A stretch of DNA of 50,246 nt, taken from Gammaproteobacteria bacterium. GTDB lineage: Bacteria; Pseudomonadota; Gammaproteobacteria; Steroidobacterales; Steroidobacteraceae. The translations under genes and the position numbers were made by a program. Where the stretch lies: positions 1 through 50,246 of the forward strand of contig SHZO01000001.1 of the NCBI GenBank assembly GCA_009692285.1. Reading direction: 5' to 3'. The notes below the pieces were generated by a model. The model was not told where the DNA came from. It was given only the letters and a program-made list of their open reading frames with translations, and did not search any database. This document shows, piece after piece, positions 28,747-38,463 of the stretch; the stretch's first letter is position 1; the number at the start of each line of letters is the position of its first letter.

Positions 28747-31442
28747 GCGGCTTGGCACGGCTCTAGTACGGCAGTCAAGCGCGTAATTAATCTTTGGGCA
28801 CTGGCTTCATCCAGAGGACCTTGCGCTAAATTAGAAACAAAGAAAACATCCTCGGCACGCTCCCCGACGGTCATGATTTTTGCAGCAAGTAGATCTACGC
28901 GCTCTTCCATCATGACTTTACCTATATCGCAGAGCAGTCCTGGGCGATCGCCTGCTGTAATTTCCAGAACAGAGCGTTGATTACGCTCATCCACAGTAAT
29001 CTGCATTTGGGTTGGCGTGTGAAACATCCGCACTTGACGGCCCAAACGCCTTGAGACTACTAAGGGGGCTGTATGTGAATTTTGCAAAGCACGACGTAGA
29101 GCAGATTCAATTTCCTCGCGGCGCTCGTCATCGCCAACTGGCCCACCATTTTCTTCAAGTACATGATACAGATCAATACTGTTGCCGTCTTGGGTAGGGG
29201 TAATTCGAGCATCTACAATATTTAAACCCAGTTGATCAAGCACCATCGTGCTGCGGGCAAAGCTATTCTGACTATGGGGAGCAAAAGTCATAATTGCAGT
29301 GGTCCCGCGTTCACTTTCTACTTGTAACGAGACAACTGGCTGATCGAAATCCGTGATACGTTGCGTGAGAACTTGTGTATGCCAAGCAATTTCCTCAGCG
29401 GTATGGCGCAAGAAGTAGGTATCAGAGAGTGTAGCCCACAGGGATACGATTCTTTCCTCACGTACTTGCGCTGCTGTGAGCAAGGCACGCGCTTTGGATT
29501 GAATTTCCAACTTAAGCTCATCTTGATCCAAGGGGCTCTCGAGGCCACGGCGCAGGGCGCGTTTAACTCGTGTATAGAAGTCATGAAACAATGAGGCTTT
29601 CCAGGAGTTCCATAAACGCGGGTTAGTTGCGCGAATATCTGCAGCAGTTAATACGTAGAGGTAGTCCAAGTGTGTTTCATCGCCAACTCGCCGAGCAAAG
29701 TCGTTAATCACTTGGGGGTCTGATATATCCTGTTTTTGAGAAGTTAACGACAACTGAAGATGATTGCGTACCAGCCAAGCAACTAAGCGCGCATCGTAGC
29801 GCGATAAACCTTGCTCTAAGCAAAAAGACTCCGCATCCACTGCACCAAGATCCGAGTGATCCCCGCCACGGCCTTTGGCAATATCGTGGAATAGTGCTGC
29901 GAGATAAGCGATTTCAGGGCGTGGTAGGGATTGCATAATCGGAGAGAGATTCGGTAATTCATGATCAAAGCGCGAAATAGCTAAGCGCCTTAAATTGCTC
30001 ACTACAAAAAGTGTGTGCGCATCAACCGTATAAGCATGAAAGAGATCGTATTGCATGCGACCGACGATCCGCCCGAAGGAGGGAATATAGCGTCCGAGTA
30101 CGCCATAAGTATTCATGCGCCGCAATTCATTAGTAACTCCCGCCGTAGCGCGAAGTATTTCTAAAAACAAACGGTGGTTGCGAGGGTTCTGGCGGAACTC
30201 TTCGTCGATCAGCCATAGGTGTCGCCCGATGGCTCGAATAGTTCTTGCGCGTATGCCACGGATCTCTGGGTTTTGCTGCAGAAGGGCAAAGACCTCTAGG
30301 AGAGCAGAGGGATAGCGAGAAAATAAATCATCGTTGATAGCATCAAGGTAGCCATTGCGTAGTTCAAAGCGTACATTTAAAGGTTGAGATTTAGTGTCCT
30401 CGGTCAAGATAGCTTCGCGAAAAAGCTGTAGTAATAATTCATTCAGTAAGCTGACATCCATTACTGTGCGGTAGTAGCGTTGCATTAGCTGTTCTACGGC
30501 GAGCGTGAAGGAGGCGTCTTCGTAGCCAAAGGTTTTGGCAAGTTTTTGCTGATGATCAAAAAGCAGTCGATCTTCTCTGCGCGAAGTAGTGGCATGCAGT
30601 CCAAAGCGAACTTTCCACAAAAAAGACTGAGCGTTTTTAAGCCGCCGTAGTTCTGCTGGCGTTAAAAATCCTTGGGTGGATAGTTCATCGAGACTTTGTA
30701 CGCCAAAGTGGCGCTTAGCAACCCATGCGATGGTTTGGATATCACGCAGTCCACCCGGTCCAGTTTTAACATTTGGTTCAAGGTTGTATGCCGTATCATT
30801 CTCTTTAAGATGACGGTCGATTTGTTCCTGAACTTTTGCTTGAAAGAAATCTTTAATTGGCCATATATTTTCTGGAGCGAGCACCTCGAGAATGCTAGTA
30901 AATAGGCCAGCGTAGCCTGTGATGAGCCGTGCTTCGATAAGCGTGGTCATGACGCCCACATCTTGCTTAGCTTGTTCCCTAGACTCCTCGATAGTTCTGA
31001 TGCTGTGACCTACTTCAAGGCCGATGTCCCACAAAAACGTAATGAGATTTTCTAGCGCGCCGAGTCCGATAGAATCAAGAGCAGTAGGCACTAAAATTAA
31101 AAGGTCCACATCGGATGCGGGGTGTAGCTCGCCCCGCCCGTAGCCCCCGACAGCTATTAGCGCCCAAGTATGAGCGTGTTCAGGTAAACGCTCGCGCCAT
31201 GATTCTTTGAGGATTGCATCTACTAATCGTGCGCGCGCATGAACTAAAGTTTCAACCGGTTCGTCGGCTATAAAGCGGGCGCGTAAATCTGCTTGTGCTG
31301 ATTTTAGTGCCGCACTGTAAGCGGCTACTGTACTCCCTGCAGCTGCTAATCTTGTAGGCAACAGATCAAGTGCAGGCCAAGAAAATTGCTGCAGTGTTTC
31401 GCGTGGACCTGGAGTGTAATTCTCCTCGTCATTGGCGTTCAT
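28743..31442 (-). CDS. glnD: bifunctional [protein-PII] uridylyltransferase/uridylyl-removing enzyme
   Basis: 899 aa with a nucleotidyltransferase motif (GGYGRGELHPASDVDLL), an HD domain (LFHDIAKG) and two C-terminal ACT domains. Confidence 0.92.
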   Translation of the reverse strand: MNANDEENYTPGPRETLQQFSWPALDLLPTRLAAAGSTVAAYSAALKSAQADLRARFIADEPVETLVHARARLVDAILKESWRERLPEHAHTWALIAVGGYGRGELHPASDVDLLILVPTALDSIGLGALENLITFLWDIGLEVGHSIRTIEESREQAKQDVGVMTTLIEARLITGYAGLFTSILEVLAPENIWPIKDFFQAKVQEQIDRHLKENDTAYNLEPNVKTGPGGLRDIQTIAWVAKRHFGVQSLDELSTQGFLTPAELRRLKNAQSFLWKVRFGLHATTSRREDRLLFDHQQKLAKTFGYEDASFTLAVEQLMQRYYRTVMDVSLLNELLLQLFREAILTEDTKSQPLNVRFELRNGYLDAINDDLFSRYPSALLEVFALLQQNPEIRGIRARTIRAIGRHLWLIDEEFRQNPRNHRLFLEILRATAGVTNELRRMNTYGVLGRYIPSFGRIVGRMQYDLFHAYTVDAHTLFVVSNLRRLAISRFDHELPNLSPIMQSLPRPEIAYLAALFHDIAKGRGGDHSDLGAVDAESFCLEQGLSRYDARLVAWLVRNHLQLSLTSQKQDISDPQVINDFARRVGDETHLDYLYVLTAADIRATNPRLWNSWKASLFHDFYTRVKRALRRGLESPLDQDELKLEIQSKARALLTAAQVREERIVSLWATLSDTYFLRHTAEEIAWHTQVLTQRITDFDQPVVSLQVESERGTTAIMTFAPHSQNSFARSTMVLDQLGLNIVDARITPTQDGNSIDLYHVLEENGGPVGDDERREEIESALRRALQNSHTAPLVVSRRLGRQVRMFHTPTQMQITVDERNQRSVLEITAGDRPGLLCDIGKVMMEERVDLLAAKIMTVGERAEDVFFVSNLAQGPLDEASAQRLITRLTAVLEPCQAA

Positions 31443-32215
31443 TGCGCGGCACCGCTAGCTCCTGCACCTAAAGTCATGATCTCAAAGCTCTCAGCCGTGA
31501 CTAAAATGGTATGTTCCCACTGTGCGGAGAGGGAGTGATCTTTGGTTACGACGGTCCATCCATCAGGCAGTAATTTTACGTGCCGCTTTCCAGTGTTGAT
31601 CATGGGCTCAATGGTGAAGGTCATGCCAGCTTGCAACTCGATGCCCCTACCGGCCTCGCCGTAGTGCAGGACTTGTGGGTCTTCATGATAAATGCGACCG
31701 ATACCGTGGCCACAATATTCTCGCACTACGGAGTAGCCTTGTGCCTCTACAAAACTTTGTATGGCATGTCCCACATCGCCCAAGTGCGCGCCGGGGCGCA
31801 CCTGACGAATACCTTGCCACATAGCTTCAAAACAGGTGTTGACGACACGTTGGGCTTGTACGTTTGGCTTACCCACAAAATACATGCGGCTGGTGTCGCC
31901 GTGAAAACCATCACGAATAACAGTCACGTCAATGTTCACAATATCGCCAGATTTTAGGCGCTTGTTATTGGGTATACCATGGCACACGACATGGTTGACG
32001 GAGGTGCAAATGGTCTTAGGGAAGCCGCGATAATTTAGATTTGCTGGGATGGCTTTTTGAACTTGTACAATATGTTCATAGCAGATTCGATCTAATTCCT
32101 CAGTCGTAATACCCGGTTGAACATGTTCAGTGATCAAATCAAGTACTGCGGCTGCTAGACGACCCGCCTCACGCATTTTTTGTTGATCTTCTAAGGTCTT
32201 GATGGTGATAGGCAT
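31439..32215 (-). CDS. map: type I methionine aminopeptidase
   Basis: 258 aa. Metal ligand context (VNIDVT, HGDTS, CGHGIG, FTIEPM, QWEHT) is collinear with E. coli Map. Confidence 0.95.
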   Translation of the reverse strand: MPITIKTLEDQQKMREAGRLAAAVLDLITEHVQPGITTEELDRICYEHIVQVQKAIPANLNYRGFPKTICTSVNHVVCHGIPNNKRLKSGDIVNIDVTVIRDGFHGDTSRMYFVGKPNVQAQRVVNTCFEAMWQGIRQVRPGAHLGDVGHAIQSFVEAQGYSVVREYCGHGIGRIYHEDPQVLHYGEAGRGIELQAGMTFTIEPMINTGKRHVKLLPDGWTVVTKDHSLSAQWEHTILVTAESFEIMTLGAGASGAAQ

Positions 32216-32268
32216 GACTTGGACTCGGAGGAGGGCTCAGGGCAGGGGGGGTGAGGGGGTACAAAGCG

Positions 32269-32297
32269 TTGTTTTTATACAAGGTGCATGGTATAAA
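32269..32297 (+). promoter_or_regulatory. putative rpsB promoter with extended -10
   Basis: TTGTTT-N17-TATAAA with TGG immediately upstream of the -10 (TGGTATAAA), resembling the extended -10 rpsB promoter of E. coli. Leaves a roughly 140-nt leader. Confidence 0.45.
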
Positions 32298-32438
32298 GCG
32301 CGGCCTTTTTTGGCAATGTAACTCAATCCCACACGCACATCATTGCATCGGTAGCTGGGTGTTCTGGCCTCTCGTTAACACGAGGTTCTAGGATGGCTGC
32401 CGAGATGTGCGGAGGCTTAACCCGACAAGGAGTGATCT

Positions 32439-33434
32439 ATGACCAGCGTGTCCATGCGGCAAATGCTGGAAGCGGGCGTTCATTTTGGACACCAAACCCG
32501 TTTCTGGAACCCGAAGATGTCCGAATATATTTTCGGCCAACGTAATAAAATTCACATTATCAATCTTGAGAAGACGCAGCCGCTCTATGCGGAAGCTGCT
32601 GGCTTCATCAAGCATGTGGTTAGTGATGGTGGCACCGTATTGTTTGTCGGCACTAAGCGCTCTGCGCGCGAAGCAATACAAAAAGAAGCGATGCGATGCG
32701 AAATGCCATACGTTAATCAGCGTTGGCTGGGCGGTATGCTTACCAATTTTAAAACTGTGCGCCAGTCAATCAAGCGTATGGCTGAGCTCATCGAGATGAA
32801 AGCGAATGGCTCGCTCGATAAACGGGGCAAGAAAGAAGGCACTATGTTGCGGCGCGAGATGGACAAACTTCAGCGCAGCTTGGGCGGCATTAAGGATATG
32901 GAAGCTCTGCCTGATGTAATCTTCGTAATTGACGTGGGGCATGAAGAAATATCCATAAAAGAAGCCAATAAACTCGGCATTCCAGTTGTAGCTATTGTTG
33001 ATACTAACTGCTCACCTGATGGCGTCGATTATTTAGTTCCTGGCAACGACGATGCCATGCGTGCCATCCAGCTATATGCCAGCGGTATTGCTGATGCCGT
33101 GCTCGAAGGCCGTAATTCGGCTCCGGCTTTAGGTGTAAACGATGATGAATTTGTCGAGTTAGACGAGCAAGGAAATCCAAAGCCCCGTACAACCCGACCT
33201 CGTCCAGCCTTGCGTGTGGCACCCAATCGTTCAGGACGTCGTCGTGCAGCTCCTGTTTCTGTCGTGGTTGCTCCGACGGCGAGTGCAGAAGCGGTCGAAT
33301 CCGAACTTGATGCCGCTGAAATTTTGGTTGCGGTACCCGGTGGTGATGATGTTACTCCGGCTACTGCTTCGGCTCCGCGACGTCGTCCTAATGCCGCTCC
33401 GGGTGGGTCAGGCGCCCCGCGTCGCAGGGGTTAA
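32439..33434 (+). CDS. rpsB: 30S ribosomal protein S2 with a long C-terminal extension
   Basis: AAGGAG SD. Residues 1 to about 242 are collinear with E. coli S2 ([41 protein letters not shown] end), followed by about 89 extra residues. Confidence 0.95.
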   Translation: MTSVSMRQMLEAGVHFGHQTRFWNPKMSEYIFGQRNKIHIINLEKTQPLYAEAAGFIKHVVSDGGTVLFVGTKRSAREAIQKEAMRCEMPYVNQRWLGGMLTNFKTVRQSIKRMAELIEMKANGSLDKRGKKEGTMLRREMDKLQRSLGGIKDMEALPDVIFVIDVGHEEISIKEANKLGIPVVAIVDTNCSPDGVDYLVPGNDDAMRAIQLYASGIADAVLEGRNSAPALGVNDDEFVELDEQGNPKPRTTRPRPALRVAPNRSGRRRAAPVSVVVAPTASAEAVESELDAAEILVAVPGGDDVTPATASAPRRRPNAAPGGSGAPRRRG

Positions 33435-33437
33435 TTA

Positions 33438-34340
33438 GTGAATATCACAGCTGATGCAGTCAAGCAGCTGCGCGAGCGCACAGGCGCAGGCATGATGGAA
33501 TGCAAGCGAGCGCTTGTAGAAACTCAGGGCAATCTTGATACCGCTGCTGAACTTATGCGAAAGCAGGGTTTGGCTAAGGCCGATAAAAAAGCTGCGCGTA
33601 TTGCTGCCGAAGGAGTTATTGCGTTAGCTAAAGCCCCAGACGGACTCTCAGCAGCTATGGCTGAAATAAATTGTGAGACCGATTTTGTCGCTCGCGAAGC
33701 AGATTTTCAGGCTTTCGCGAGTGACGTAGCGCGTGTCACTTTAGTCTTCAAGCCAGAAACCGCTACAACCTTAACTGCCCTGAGTCTTGCTGGCAGTGAA
33801 ACAGTTGATGAGCGCCGACGTACTCTTATTGCAAAGATTGGTGAAAACATTACCGTGCGCCGTCATGCCATATTAGTGTCCAACGGACCTGTTGGCGCCT
33901 ATTTGCATGGGACGCGGATTGGGGCGTTAGTGGCGCTTGAAGGTGGAGATGCTGCTTTGGCACATGATATTGCCATGCACGTGGCGGCTTTAAATCCGCA
34001 GTATTTATCGATTGCCGATTTTCCAGCAGAGATAGTGGCTAAAGAGCGTGAAATCGAAACTTCAAAGGCATTGGCGGAAGGCAAATCAGTTGACATCGTC
34101 GCAAAGATGGTCGATGGCCGCTTGCGCAAAATGCTAAATGAGAAGACATTATTAGGCCAGTATTTTGTTAAAGACCCTGATCAAACTATCGAGAAACTAC
34201 TAAAGAATGCCAAAGCTGAAGTCAAAAGTTTTCAGCGCTTTGAAGTTGGTGCGGGTATCGAAAAGAAGCATGATGATTTTGTTGGCGAGGTGATGGCGCA
34301 AGTTAAAGCGAGCAGCGCGCCTGCCAATAGTGGCACCTGA
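33438..34340 (+). CDS. tsf: elongation factor Ts
   Basis: GTG start 3 nt after the rpsB stop. N-terminus ITADAVKQLRERTGAGMMECKRAL matches E. coli EF-Ts. Confidence 0.95.
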   Translation: MNITADAVKQLRERTGAGMMECKRALVETQGNLDTAAELMRKQGLAKADKKAARIAAEGVIALAKAPDGLSAAMAEINCETDFVAREADFQAFASDVARVTLVFKPETATTLTALSLAGSETVDERRRTLIAKIGENITVRRHAILVSNGPVGAYLHGTRIGALVALEGGDAALAHDIAMHVAALNPQYLSIADFPAEIVAKEREIETSKALAEGKSVDIVAKMVDGRLRKMLNEKTLLGQYFVKDPDQTIEKLLKNAKAEVKSFQRFEVGAGIEKKHDDFVGEVMAQVKASSAPANSGT

Positions 34341-34363
34341 GCAGCGCTAACCGTTAATAGAAA

Positions 34364-34386
34364 CCCCGCTCCAGCGGGGTTTTTTT
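34364..34386 (+). terminator. rho-independent terminator after tsf
   Basis: CCCCGC-TCCA-GCGGGG hairpin followed by T7. Confidence 0.75.
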
Positions 34387-34401
34387 CAAAGGAGGCGTGA
34401 G

Positions 34402-35139
34402 ATGTTAAAAAGTAAACTGCGTTACAAGCGCATTTTAGTGAAGTTGTCTGGCGAAGCTCTTATGGGTAACGCTGACTACGGCATTGATCCTGTGGTGCTG
34501 CGTCGTATTGCACTTGAGCTTCAAGAACTATTGGGGCTCGGAGTACAAGTGTCTGTAGTGATTGGTGGTGGAAATATTTTCCGCGGCGCAGGTTTGGCGC
34601 GTGCTGGTATGGACCGAGTCACGGGCGATCATATGGGTATGTTGGCTACCGTCATGAACTGTTTGGCGATGCAAGACGCCTTAGAGGCCATAGGCACTTA
34701 TGCGCGTGTCATGTCTGCTATTCGGATTAATGAGGTCTGTGAAGATTATATTCGGCGTCGCGCTATCAGGCATCTTGAAAAAGGCCGAGTCGTGTTGTTT
34801 GCTGCCGGTACGGGCAAACCTTTCTTTACCACGGATACCGCAGCATCTCTGCGTGCCATTGAAGTCGGCGCTGAGTTGTTGATTAAAGCAACCAAAGTAG
34901 ATGGTATTTACTCTGCTGATCCGATGACTGATCCTTCAGCTGTGCGTTATCCTCGTCTCACATTTGATCGCGTGCTTGATGAACGTTTAAATGTAATGGA
35001 CGCAACGGCTATCGTGATGTGTCGTGATAATAAGCTTCCCATGCAGGTCTTTAATCTTAATAATGCTGGCGACTTGCTGCGTATCGCGCGTGGTGAGCAA
35101 GTTGGCACTTTTGTAACCCATCAATTAAGTGAGGCTTAA
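34402..35139 (+). CDS. pyrH: UMP kinase
   Basis: [13 protein letters not shown] and GGGNIFRG motifs, 245 aa. Confidence 0.95.
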   Translation: MLKSKLRYKRILVKLSGEALMGNADYGIDPVVLRRIALELQELLGLGVQVSVVIGGGNIFRGAGLARAGMDRVTGDHMGMLATVMNCLAMQDALEAIGTYARVMSAIRINEVCEDYIRRRAIRHLEKGRVVLFAAGTGKPFFTTDTAASLRAIEVGAELLIKATKVDGIYSADPMTDPSAVRYPRLTFDRVLDERLNVMDATAIVMCRDNKLPMQVFNLNNAGDLLRIARGEQVGTFVTHQLSEA

Positions 35140-35141
35140 TT

Positions 35142-35699
35142 ATGCTTGAAGACTTAAAAAAAGATTGCGCTGTGCGCATGGGTAAATGCATTGTACAGTT
35201 CCAAGCTGATTTGAAGAAGATGCGGACGGGGCGTGCACATCCAAGCCTTATTGAAAATTTAAAAGTTGATTTTTATGGTGCGGAGTCACCATTGCAGCAG
35301 ATGGCTAATATTAGCGTTGAAGATGCTCGCACCTTGGTGGTTTCCCCTTGGGACAAATCAACCGTTCAGGCGATTGAAAAAGCGATCTACAAATCTGAAT
35401 TAGGTCTAACACCTAATACCGCAGGTGCTGTCATTCGTGTGCCCTTGCCAGCTTTGACAGAAGAGCGCCGTCGCGATATTACCAAGGTGGTCCGTGGTGA
35501 TGCTGAAAGTGCTAAGGTAGCAGTACGTAACGTACGTCGTGACGTGCTGCAAGATGTCAAAGAAATGCTTAAAGAAAAGCTTATTAGCCAAGACGATGAA
35601 AAGCGAGTGCAGGATGAGGTGCAAAAGCTGACAGATCGCCATGTTGCTGAGGTTGATCAAACTTTGGCAGCAAAAGAAAAAGAGATTATGCAGGTTTGA
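35142..35699 (+). CDS. frr: ribosome recycling factor
   Basis: 185 aa. LRTGRAHPSLIENLKVDFYG, LPALTEERRRD. Confidence 0.95.
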   Translation: MLEDLKKDCAVRMGKCIVQFQADLKKMRTGRAHPSLIENLKVDFYGAESPLQQMANISVEDARTLVVSPWDKSTVQAIEKAIYKSELGLTPNTAGAVIRVPLPALTEERRRDITKVVRGDAESAKVAVRNVRRDVLQDVKEMLKEKLISQDDEKRVQDEVQKLTDRHVAEVDQTLAAKEKEIMQV

Positions 35700-36424
35700 C
35701 GAGCGTAGTGTCGCCGCAGATTGATCTGCCCCAGCACATTGCCGTCGTCATGGACGGTAATGGTCGTTGGGCTAAAGCCCGTGGAAAAGCTCGTTCTTCA
35801 GGGCATAAAGCGGGTCTCAAAGCAGTGCGTTTATGTATCCAAGAGTGTGTAAAGCGCAGCGTAGGCGCGCTGACTTTGTTTGCATTTTCGAGCGAGAATT
35901 GGCAACGCTCTGAAATTGAAGTTGTTGCTATTATGGGTTTATTTTTCAATTCTCTTGAGAGTGAAATAAAAAAACTTAATACTAATAATGTTCGAATCCG
36001 AATCATTGGAAATCGACAGCGTCTTACGCTGAAATTACAGCAAAGAATTGCTCAAGCTGAAGCAAGGACTGCAGAGAATACTGGGCTTAATTTGCAAATA
36101 GCAGTGAGTTACGGTGGGCGTTGGGATGTAGTGGAAGCCACACGCGTACTTGCGTCGCGATGTGTAAGTGGTGATTTGCGAGCAGATGATATAGATGAGG
36201 TTATTTTTTCCAAAAATTTACAATTAGCTGGGTTAAGTGATCCTGATTTGTTTATTCGTACGGGTGGCGAGAGAAGGATTAGTAATTTTTTATTATGGAA
36301 TATCGCCTATACAGAGCTACATTTTTCTGATGTCCTCTGGCCTGACTTTGCCATCAGCGATTTTGATTTAGCTATGAATAGTTTCTCTTCAAGGCAACGG
36401 CGTTTCGGTTTGGTTAGCCCATGA
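35696..36424 (+). CDS. uppS: di-trans,poly-cis-undecaprenyl-diphosphate synthase
   Basis: HIAVVMDGNGRWA, FAFSSENWQR, RTGGERRISNFLLWNIAYTEL. Confidence 0.9.
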   Translation: MTSVVSPQIDLPQHIAVVMDGNGRWAKARGKARSSGHKAGLKAVRLCIQECVKRSVGALTLFAFSSENWQRSEIEVVAIMGLFFNSLESEIKKLNTNNVRIRIIGNRQRLTLKLQQRIAQAEARTAENTGLNLQIAVSYGGRWDVVEATRVLASRCVSGDLRADDIDEVIFSKNLQLAGLSDPDLFIRTGGERRISNFLLWNIAYTELHFSDVLWPDFAISDFDLAMNSFSSRQRRFGLVSP

Positions 36425-37260
36425 CTTTAATCCCATCCAGTGATACGTGGACTCGTATTTTGACTGCTGCGGTATTGGTCATGGTTCTTCTGTCAGTTGT
36501 AATCGCGCTGCCACCAGTTGCGAGTCTGGTGATGATCGTCGCAGTGTTGCTGGCTGGGGCTTGGGAGTGGGCTGCATTTTTACTTCAATCGAATACTCCG
36601 CGCTATATTATTTTTTTGCGATCAAGCTATGTTGGTTTTGTAGCGCTTTGTCTGGCTTTGGCAATTCTCTTTTGCAGTTCTTTGCCCCAGTTTGAAATCC
36701 TTTTGAGGTTTGCATTAATTTGGTGGTTAGTCGCTTTGGCTTGGATAATTTTTTGGCCAAGCGTGCGGCACCCAATAGGAATAGGACTCGCCGGTATCTT
36801 TTCTATGGTGCCGATGGGTGTTGCGCTGATTTATCTGCGGTTTTTGTCAGGGCAGGGAGCTGTAATTTTAGTTTTTGTTTTATTTGTGATTATGGCTGCT
36901 GATGTGGGTGGGTACTTCGCTGGCCGCTCTTTTGGCAGACGGCGATTAGCTCCGCAAGTTTCTCCTGGCAAAACTTGGGAAGGTGTCGTTGGTGGCTTGG
37001 CGCTATCTACTTTAATATCAATCATAGGCGGCACATGGTTGCAATGGCCGCTTGGCATGCTTTTACCTTTAGTATGGTTGGCAGTTATTTTTTCGATAGT
37101 GGGTGATCTTTTTGAAAGTTTGCTTAAGCGTCATTCGGGTTTAAAAGATAGCGGTCATTTATTGCCTGGTCATGGTGGTGTGTTGGATAGGGTTGACAGT
37201 CTTTGTGCGGGTGTGCCGTTGTTCGTGTGGCTTCTATTGAAGGTGGGGCTATTGCCATGA
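36421..37260 (+). CDS. cdsA: phosphatidate cytidylyltransferase
   Basis: Multi-TM with the C-terminal CDS signature SLLKRHSGLKDSGHLLPGHGGVLDRVDS. Confidence 0.88.
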   Translation: MTLIPSSDTWTRILTAAVLVMVLLSVVIALPPVASLVMIVAVLLAGAWEWAAFLLQSNTPRYIIFLRSSYVGFVALCLALAILFCSSLPQFEILLRFALIWWLVALAWIIFWPSVRHPIGIGLAGIFSMVPMGVALIYLRFLSGQGAVILVFVLFVIMAADVGGYFAGRSFGRRRLAPQVSPGKTWEGVVGGLALSTLISIIGGTWLQWPLGMLLPLVWLAVIFSIVGDLFESLLKRHSGLKDSGHLLPGHGGVLDRVDSLCAGVPLFVWLLLKVGLLP

Positions 37261-38435
37261 TTGGCGTGTGTGTTCTGGGCTCCACAGGGACAGTGGGTAT
37301 GAATACCCTTGATGTGGTGTCACGGCATCCCAAAAAATTCAAAGTGGTTGCGTTAGGCGCCCAGCGCAATAACAAAAAGTTATTGCAGCAATGTTTACAG
37401 TTTCACCCTGATTACGCAGCACTCGTTGATTCTGCCGCTGCAACAGAGCTTGAGGTTCAGTTGCGTACCCACGGCTGTGCCACCCGTGTTTTGATTGGGC
37501 AAGGGGCCCTTGAGCACATCGCCGCTTTGCCTTCAGCGCCCTATGTCATGGCGGCTATTGCTGGTGCAATTGGTTTAGGGCCCACGCTTGCCGCGGCAAA
37601 GGCTGGCAAACGTTTGATGTTAGCCAATAAAGAGTCTTTGGTCATGGCGGGTAATTTGTTGCTCGATCAAGTCCGTGCCTCTGGCGCAACCCTTTTGCCG
37701 ATCGATAGTGAACACAATGCTATTTTTCAATGCCTGCCGCCCAACACGAGGCCTGGTTGTGTGCCGTTGGGCGTGCGGCGCATTGTGCTCACGGCTTCAG
37801 GTGGGCCATTCATTGATTGGTCTGCTGAGCAGCTTTCGAAGGCCACCCCAGATCAGGCTTGCGCGCACCCCAAGTGGATCATGGGGCGAAAGATTTCGGT
37901 CGATTCAGCAACCTTAATCAATAAGGGGTTAGAAATCATCGAAGCTCGCATTTTATTTGGTTTGCAGGCCTCTCAAATTGAGGTATTAGTACATCGTCAG
38001 AGCCTAGTGCATTCCTTAGTAGAATATCTAGATGGATCCATGCTCGCGCAGTTAGGTTCCCCAGACATGCGCACCCCCATTGCGCACGCACTTGGCTGGC
38101 CGGATCGGCTCGACTCCGGTGTACAATCACTGGATCTCGCGAAGGTGGGACTGTTGCAGTTTGAGCTGCCAGATCTGGTGCGTTTTCCATGCTTGGCATT
38201 GGCGCAACAGGCCGCTGAAATAGGAGGCTTGGCGCCTGCTGTTTTGAACGCTGCTAATGAGGTTGCAGTAGCTGCTTTTCTCGAGGGACGCCTGAACTTT
38301 TGTGGCATTCCGGCAGTCATTGAAGCAGTGATGTCGTCTCAGGTGGTTAGTTCGGCAACGGATCTGGCCAGCGTGCTTGCCGCTGATGGCGCTGCTCGCG
38401 AGCAGGCGATCACTGAAGTGAGGCGTCTTAGTTGA
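37257..38435 (+). CDS. dxr: 1-deoxy-D-xylulose 5-phosphate reductoisomerase
   Basis: Start at the ATGA overlap with cdsA. VLGSTGTVG, LANKESLV, PIDSEHNAIFQC, HPKWIMGRKISVDSATL. Confidence 0.92.
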   Translation: MIGVCVLGSTGTVGMNTLDVVSRHPKKFKVVALGAQRNNKKLLQQCLQFHPDYAALVDSAAATELEVQLRTHGCATRVLIGQGALEHIAALPSAPYVMAAIAGAIGLGPTLAAAKAGKRLMLANKESLVMAGNLLLDQVRASGATLLPIDSEHNAIFQCLPPNTRPGCVPLGVRRIVLTASGGPFIDWSAEQLSKATPDQACAHPKWIMGRKISVDSATLINKGLEIIEARILFGLQASQIEVLVHRQSLVHSLVEYLDGSMLAQLGSPDMRTPIAHALGWPDRLDSGVQSLDLAKVGLLQFELPDLVRFPCLALAQQAAEIGGLAPAVLNAANEVAVAAFLEGRLNFCGIPAVIEAVMSSQVVSSATDLASVLAADGAAREQAITEVRRLS

Positions 38436-38463
38436 TATTTTTGACCCATACAGGAGGGGCTGA

